A DNA stretch of 64,000 nt from Phyllosticta citribraziliensis. Taxonomy: Eukaryota. Shown one piece after another: positions 56,789 through 64,000 of this stretch. Every line of letters starts with the position of its first letter. Positions within the stretch are counted from its first letter, which is position 1. Both the position numbers and the translations under genes were made by a program. Below the pieces are notes generated by a model that was not told the origin of the DNA, ran no database searches, and saw only the letters and a list, made by a program, of their open reading frames with translations. The stretch lies in assembly GCF_038025025.1 (NCBI RefSeq), contig NW_027117341.1, positions 1,922,001 through 1,986,000 on the forward strand, read 5' to 3'.

Positions 56789-59768
56789 ATGATGGTCTCG
56801 GGCATGGTCAGCAGGCAGACGTTCCCGCTGCAGACGGGAAAGGTGCGTAAGCCTACCACGCTCGTGTGCGACTGCAATCCTGACCCTCCCCAGGCCATGT
56901 CGGCCTCCCGCTTCGGAGATTTTGGCGGTGTCCGCCCTTCTGACGACGAACGCCCCGCTGCGCCCCCGTCCTTTACAAACGGCTCCAAGACCTACGGCAA
57001 CATCTGGGGCAACGGCGCCCTCAACACCGCCTTCGCCCCGAGGGACCGTAAGGCCACGGCCTCTTCGGGTCCCATCCGCCCGCTTGCTAATGTGCGCGCA
57101 GAAAACGCCTCCTACCGCTCGTCGCTGCCAGAAGAGGTCGAGGGCAAGACTGGTTCAGGGTCTCTCGTCGCCTCGTCAGAGACGGACCAGTGGAGCCATC
57201 AACGGACTCCATGGAACATATCCGAAACAACGACTCAGCCCGTTGCAAGCCGGAGAGCCTCGAGCGTGTCGCCCGTCAGTCACGTCCCGTCCTCGCAGGC
57301 CTACGTCGACCCCACGTCCCAGCGCTTTCCCGTCTCTCGCGCCCCCATGATGGCGCAGGCCCTGGCCACAAAGTCGACGACCAAGCCCAACCTCGACCCT
57401 ACCTCGGGAAATTTTGTCGTCCGACGTGCCACGGATGACAGATATGGCGATTTTGGTGGCTTTGTCGACATTGACCCGCGCCAGAGGTCGGCCGACTCGG
57501 GCATGAGAACCTGGACCGATGCTCCAACCCTCCACTCGCCGACTGAAGAACGCCGCAGCGTCGCCAATTCGGAATACTTTTCCAACTCGAGCGCTGCCCC
57601 TTCGCGGAGCGGCAGTCTGCCTCCATCGCGCCACGGTTCGGATCCTGTACAGTTTCCCCAGTCTGCCGAGCCCTATGCCCGCTTTTCTCAGCCAGTCTCG
57701 GCCGCTGCCCGTGGGCAACAGCAGTCCATGTCAGGCCAGGCCAATGGCCGCTACCAGGAGCGAATTGATTCGGCATACAGTGACATCATCTCCCCATTTT
57801 CTCGCATGTCTGTAGACAACAAGATGCCCGAACAAGCCATGACGCTGCACAAGTCGTCGTTCAATGCGCAGACCAGTGCAGCCAACTACGGCCACCAGCA
57901 ATCAGTGTATGCGCGTCAAGTTGCGGACATGACTCAACAGCATCTCGGGGCCGAGGACAATGGCGCCGGCTCCTTTACTCCTGAGGGCTACCCCAATCTC
58001 AACTCCAACCAGTACGACCACGCACCGCTGCGCGGCTTCCAGTTTGGCAACCGTGCCGGCGTCATGACGCCTGGTGTGGATTTCCGGCAGAGCCCGCAAT
58101 ACTACTCCACCGGCGGCACGCCGCCCGTCTACGATCCTCTGTATCCCTCGCGTAACCCTCAAAATGGACGTTCGCAGCAAGATGCCGTGGTGCTGGAGAG
58201 AAAGCTGCGGGGCATTCAGCAAGAACAGCAAGGCTACCCGCCATACGCGCAGCTATCTGCTCAGTTTCCGCGTCAATTCGACCCGTACATTTACAGCATG
58301 CACATGAATGGCATTCCGGGCATTCACATGCACATGCCGATGATGCCGGGGATGATGCATCAGATTGAGCCGCCAAAGGGTCCCAGACAGGACGAGAGCG
58401 GCCCGGGTCTCAGAAGTGCCATGCTCGACGAGTTCAAACACAACAGCCGCAGCAAGCACTACAACCTCAAGGTGTGTTGACCGTCTAGCGCCAACTGCAA
58501 CTGCTAACTGTTTCAGGACATTTACGACCACATTTGCGAATTTAGCGGCGACCAGCATGGCTCTCGCTTCATCCAGCAAAAGCTCGAAACGGCCAACAGC
58601 GACGAAAAAGAGCGCGTGTTCAAAGAGATACAGCCGAACGCGATGCAGCTCATGACGGACGTGTTTGGCAACTATGTCATCCAAAAGTTCTTTGAGCATG
58701 GCGACCAGAACCAGAAGCGCATTCTGGCCAATCGCATGAAAGGCCATGTCTTGAACCTGTCGCTGCAAATGTACGGCTGCAGAGTGGTCCAAAAGGCGCT
58801 CGAACACGTCTTGACCGACCAGCAAGCGTCAATGGTCAAGGAGCTAGAGAGTCAGGTCCTACGCTGCGTCAAGGACCAAAATGGCAATCACGTCGTCCAA
58901 AAGGCCATTGAGCGGGTGCCCGGGGAACACATTCAATTCATCGTCGACGCATTCATCGGTCAGGTGTCGACGCTCTCGGTCCACGGCTACGGGTGCCGCG
59001 TCATCCAGCGCATGTTGGAGTACTGCGATCGCCCCGCCCGCCGCGCTCTTCTTTCAGAGCTCCACCTGTGCGCCATGACTCTGATCCCTGACCAGTACGG
59101 CAACTACGTCACGCAGCATATCATCGAGCACGGCGAGCCAGAGGACCGTACCAAAATCATCGACCTCGTCAAGTGCCAGCTGCTCGCCTTCGCCAAGCAC
59201 AAGTTTGCAAGTAACGTTGTCGAAAAGTGCCTCGTCTATGGCACCGACGAGCAGCGGCGCGACATGATGCGCAAGGTGTGCGAAAAGACGGAGCGGGGAG
59301 AGAGCACGCTCGTGTCCCTCATCAAAGATGGCTTTGGCAACTATGTCATTCGTACGTATTGCGGCCGCTTACACTACGACACTGCTAACCTGGACAGAAA
59401 AACTCTTGGACACCCTGACCCCGCCCGACTATGCATACTTTGTAGACCAACTCCAACCCGAGATCCAAAAGGCCAAGCGGACGCTGGCGGGCAAACAGGT
59501 CCAAGCTGTAGGCGCCTTGCGTGGCGATGACCAGCACAAGCTAGCTAACAACCTCAACAAGGTCGAAAAGAAGATGCATCGATTTGACACGCACAGCATG
59601 GTTCCGGACGCGGCTCAGCGCAACAGCGTCAGTCCGACCCTGCTGAGCACTCAGCCCTCGGCCACGGGCTCTCCCAAATCGGGCATGACGGACGACAAGA
59701 GCACTCAGCCTAGCTCGCCTCCTACGGTGGCCAGCGACTCTCCGCAGCTGCAAAAGGCTGCTCCCTGA
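56789..59768 (+). CDS. PUF3: Pumilio/PUF RNA-binding protein (Puf3-like); introns 56843-56893, 57048-57101, 58472-58516, 59352-59397, 59508-59561
   Basis: Eight PUM repeats with canonical recognition residues: SRFIQ, NYVIQ, CRVVQ, NHVVQ, CRVIQ, NYVTQ, SNVVE, NYVI|Q. Long low-complexity N-terminus. The exact start (56789, 56792 or 56804) is uncertain. Confidence 0.9.
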
Positions 59769-60926
59769 TGGCTGTGACGCTTCGGCCGAGAAACGGCATG
59801 GCAACACGGTCGGCGCGAACATATCAACTGTTTCATACTGTCTGTTTTCGATCGTTCGCTTCGGCGTTTGACGGTTGGCGTTCCTAGCAAGGAACATGTT
59901 GCCATTTCGAGAACGAATCGCGCCATAGACGACCTGGGTCCCTCGACGCAGGGCAGCCCAGCTAACACGCTTCACCATCACCGCCTCGCCTTTGACGGGC
60001 CTCGCGCCGTTTCATCGCGCGGCGTCGCGCCTTTGCTGCCCCTGGAGCATATGTACTATTCACCCCGTTTCGATTTCGTGTTTTTCCATTTTTTTCCCAT
60101 TTTGCCGCCTTCAAGACGGTGTGTGCATGGCAATCTTTCCTGAGCGCGGGAAGGAAAGAAAAAAAAAGACTGAAAGATAATGGCGCCTTTTTCGATTTTC
60201 TGCGAACAAAATGAGGGGTTCAGGGGTTTTCTTCACTTCTTTCGGGGTTGTCTATTTCTCGGCCTGCGCTGACCGACAGAGCCGCCACCTTCGCTAAAGA
60301 CTGATTGAACGACGACGACTAAATTTTGACGCTGTCACGCTACAATGTACAACGAGAGTACAATGGTGTGAATGAATGGTACGGTAGGGGAAATCGGAGC
60401 AACATGGCCTCGTCGTTTGTTTGTTTTCACCTGTCTCCTTGTCTGTTTGCTCGGGCTCTTTTCGGGTATGACGGTAGATGTCCACGTCTGTCATGGCCAC
60501 TGAACGCGTACGTACGTAGGTACAACAGGACTATAGTCGGCTGTCGGCGTTGTCAGAATGTTTTTTTTGCGGTCTGCCATTGTTGTACCTTTGTACATTT
60601 TTCTTCTCCACGCTCGCTCGCTCGCTCGCTGCTGTCGTTGACCAGTTGCTGTCCGTCTGACGGCGTCCTTGGCTACCATTGCTTCTCGTTCGGATAGAGG
60701 GTCGTCTGGAGTATGAGAATAGGCCAAATATGACTTTTTTCCATGCTGGAGTGCCTTGCTTGCTGGGTCTTGGTACAAACTCCTTGCATCGTCGTGTGCC
60801 GGCTTCTGTTGCTCGCACCGCCGAAATCGGACCGAAGCATCTCCTCGCCCCTGTCCCGCCGACCACCATCGTCATGCATCCCACCTGAACGTTACCTCGC
60901 ACCCAAAACACTTTGCACCCCGCTCA

Positions 60927-62604
60927 ATGACCACGCCACGCCTCCCCTTTCTTCGCCCAACTCTCCTCCGCTCGCTGGGCCGCTCCTCCGAAGCCAGCGC
61001 AATACCCAGGCACGCCCACTGTCCACGCTTAAGATCGCGGCCGCAGCAACACCCCCGAGGAGCGGTGAGGGGCCACCAGCGCTCGTTTGTGACGACGACG
61101 AGGGGCTGCGTAAGGGTCGACGCCAATCCAACGCAAAGATATGGCACCGCCAACGAGCCAATACCTCCAACCAACCCGGCACAAAAAGATGGGAGCGGTA
61201 CCGGCGCCAACACCAAGGCGAAGAGCGGGTCCAAGCAGAGCGCAAAGCAAAAGGCGGGCGCCGCAAAAGGAGGCAAAGATGTAGCGGCGGACAAGCAGCA
61301 AGAACAGCATGCGGCGCCGGCGATATCTGGCGACGTCCCCAAGGTTTCGCCGACCATGTTCGAAACGGAGAATACGACTGCGCCGTCCATCACGGCGACT
61401 CCTCCTCCGCCGCCGCCGACCGATAACGGCGACGGCGACGGCCGCGGCGGCGGCACCACCACGACCGCCTACGACACGCACGACGCTCCGGCGAGCGAGG
61501 ACGCCTCGGGCGAGGTGCTGCGCATGCCGCCGCCGTCGCCGCGCAAACCGCACCTGACGACGCCGCCCTACGTGCACCACTTCGACACGTGGTCGCTGGT
61601 CAAGCAGCTCGAGGGGTCGGGCTTCGACGAGTCGCAAAGCATCTCGATCATGAAGTCGATCCGGCTGACGCTGAACCAGAATATGGAGATTGCACGCGCC
61701 GGCCTCGTTTCGCAGTCGGACGTGGAGAACGAGACGTACCTGTTCCGCGCCGCGTGCAGCGAGCTGGCCACCGAGGTCAGCAATAATCGGAAGGCCGAGA
61801 ATGAGCGCATGCTCACGCAGCGCAACCAGCTGCAGCATGAGGTGGACATTTTGGGCCAACGCCTCGGCCAGGAGACGGGCAATCTGAAGGATGAGCTCAA
61901 GGGCATGTTTGACGACCGCAACATGGCGGTGCGCATGGAGCAGCGCACCATGGAGACCAAGGTGCGTCGCGTACCACGTCCACCCACCCATCCCATCTCT
62001 CTCTCCGTTCCTCCTTCTCTCGCTTTCTCCTGTGCGTCACTGGATCGAATGTTGAGCTAACGCGTCGCAGATCCAAGAGCTCAACTACAAAATCACCGTG
62101 GCGCTCAACTCGGACGCGCGCTCCGACGTCGAGGGCCTGCGCTGGATCATCACGCGCCGCGCCGTCACGGCGCTCGTCATCGTCGCCGCCGCCATCCTGG
62201 CCACCCTGCGCTACTCGTCCTACATGACGCACACGCAGGCCGCCGACCGCAGCGCCCTCTCGTCCTCATCCAAATCCAAATCCAAGCCCTCCAACGCCGG
62301 CGGCAACGGCGGCTCTAACGCCTCGTCGTCGTCGTCGTCGTCTCCCGAGCACGCCGCATCGCAGTCGTCCGCGGGCGCCGCTGCCGCGCACGCGACCCAT
62401 GGCGACGCCGCGGCCCAGGCCGCCCACCACCACGACGACGACGCGCACGGCAACAGTCCCATCGCGCCGGATGCGGGCGCTGGTGCCGTCTTCGCCGCTG
62501 GCGGCGTGTATGGCGGCAGTGCGGCGATGCGCGCGCTGGACCAGCGCGATGGCGGCGCCGGCGACGGCGTCATCGTCAGCGAAGGCGGCGTCAGTCTGGG
62601 ATGA
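60927..62604 (+). CDS. Mitochondrial DUF1640/CCDC90-family coiled-coil protein (Fmp32/Put7-like); intron 61962-62070
   Basis: Presequence MTTPRLPFLRP; PPYVHHFDTWSLVKQLEGSGF; ENETYLFRAACSEL; K|IQELNYKITVALNSDARSDVEGLRW followed by a TM segment. Confidence 0.85.
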
Positions 62605-64000
62605 GCTGAGCTGAGCTGAGCTGAGGAGGTGCGACTGAACTGGACTGAAAAGGGGGGGAGAGAGAGAGGGTGTGGGTTGTGTGGATATCTTAGCTACAGT
62701 TTTAGAAGAGGAGCGGTCCGCGCGAGCGGCAAAAGTTCTTGGTTCACGCGGCGGCAGCAGAAGCAGCAGCAGCAGCGAGGGAGAGAGGGAGGGAGGTTGA
62801 AGTGAGGATGGGAGCTGCAGGGCTTGGCTTGGCTTGCCTGGCTGGCTAGGGCTGGTTGGGGCGTCGTGAGTGAAGAAAGAAATGAGCCCTATCCCCCCTG
62901 CATACATGCATGCTTTCTGCATGCTTTCTGCACCACCTCTACCACCACCGCTGCCGCCGCCTGCATATCTGCATCTGCATGCAGGGTGGGTGGGTGGGCA
63001 AGGGACTGACGGATGGTGGCAAAGGGACAGACCCGGGAATCGGGCACCTCATCTCATCTCATGTCATATCGTTTCTTCACTGGCGGTCTTGGCGGTGGTG
63101 GGGTGACGGGGAAGTGGGAGATGGGAGAAGTGAGTGAGGACGAGAGAGCGAGCGTGGGTGGGAGTGTGCTGTGTCTGGGCTGGGCGAGAGAGAGAGAGAG
63201 AGAGAGAAGGAAAGGAGGTCTGGAGTGACAAATAGAAAAGATACCCCCCTACCTACATATGTAGCAATCTACAATCTATACAATCTACAAACTTCATCAC
63301 TCTACCTTACTCTACTCTAGTCTTCTTTGTCAGGCCAATCATTGCCACTGCCATCACAGCAATTCAATCCCATGCCGACCTGAGCACTTTCAGGGCACGC
63401 GTGCACTTGCTTCTTCAGGCACGGGGCTTGAAGACGCGCAGGAAGGAACCAGCCTCCTTGCGTCGTCGTCGTCGTGTCGTGTGTAGGTGCAGAAAACATC
63501 GGCACGGCACGGCATGGCATGGGTGGATCGGCGCCGAGGGATGGGAAGTGTGCCTGGATGGGTAGTTGGGTGGGCGAGATGGTGCGTCCTCGCTTGACCT
63601 CTCTTCTCCTAACTTTGCAGATTCCTTGCGATGGGTGGACGCGTCGCGGCACCGCCGCCGTGTGGCATGCAATCACACAACACCCAGACCGTCGTTTCTG
63701 CAGTCTACTAGTCTTCCAGTCTTCCAGTCTTCCCTAAGAAACTAGGGACAGCCTCCACATACTGCATACTGCATGTTCCTTTAGCAGAACTGCCGGCTTT
63801 GTATTCGAGCAGCAGTGCCGAAGCGTAGGTGCGTAGAGGAGGGTTGGCGGGTTGGCGTGCGATGGTGGTGGAGCACTGCCTGTGGTTTTGAGGAAGGTGT
63901 TTTTGTAGATAGGGGGCATGGCATGACCGCATTCTACCGCCCTATGGGCCTTACGCTTCTGATCACTGATGACGGGGGCGAGGTATCAAGGTATGCAGCA

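Noticed and set aside
60040..60600. TGTA-containing motifs downstream of PUF3 as autoregulatory sites
   Set aside because: The closest is TGTACATT, which does not match the UGUAHAUA consensus, and the 3' UTR extent is unknown.

Overview
This is eukaryotic DNA from a filamentous ascomycete (Pezizomycotina), with short GT-AG introns carrying CTRAC branch points. The backbone is ordinary housekeeping genes: HUS1 (3' end only), an acyl-CoA dehydrogenase, EDE1, an MMU163-type mitochondrial protein, a LURP-one/Tubby-C protein, a Git3/Gpr1-like GPCR, SER1 and LYS4 (divergent), MSO1, GYP7, GPI13, a PY-motif membrane protein, PUF3 and a DUF1640/FMP32-like protein. Lower-GC accessory genes are interleaved: three secreted G1 glutamic peptidase paralogs with identical intron positions, and three intronless HET-domain paralogs sharing a C-terminal region I cannot assign to a family. 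Two of each sit together in a ~10 kb block (28-38 kb). The best candidate for something undescribed is a 50-aa ORF at 4427-4579 with three copies of GRGGYN, behind a TATA box and a ~600 nt ATG-free leader. I found no tRNA, rRNA, CRISPR array or intact transposon. Family calls come from motif recognition and exon boundaries were read by eye; no searches were run.
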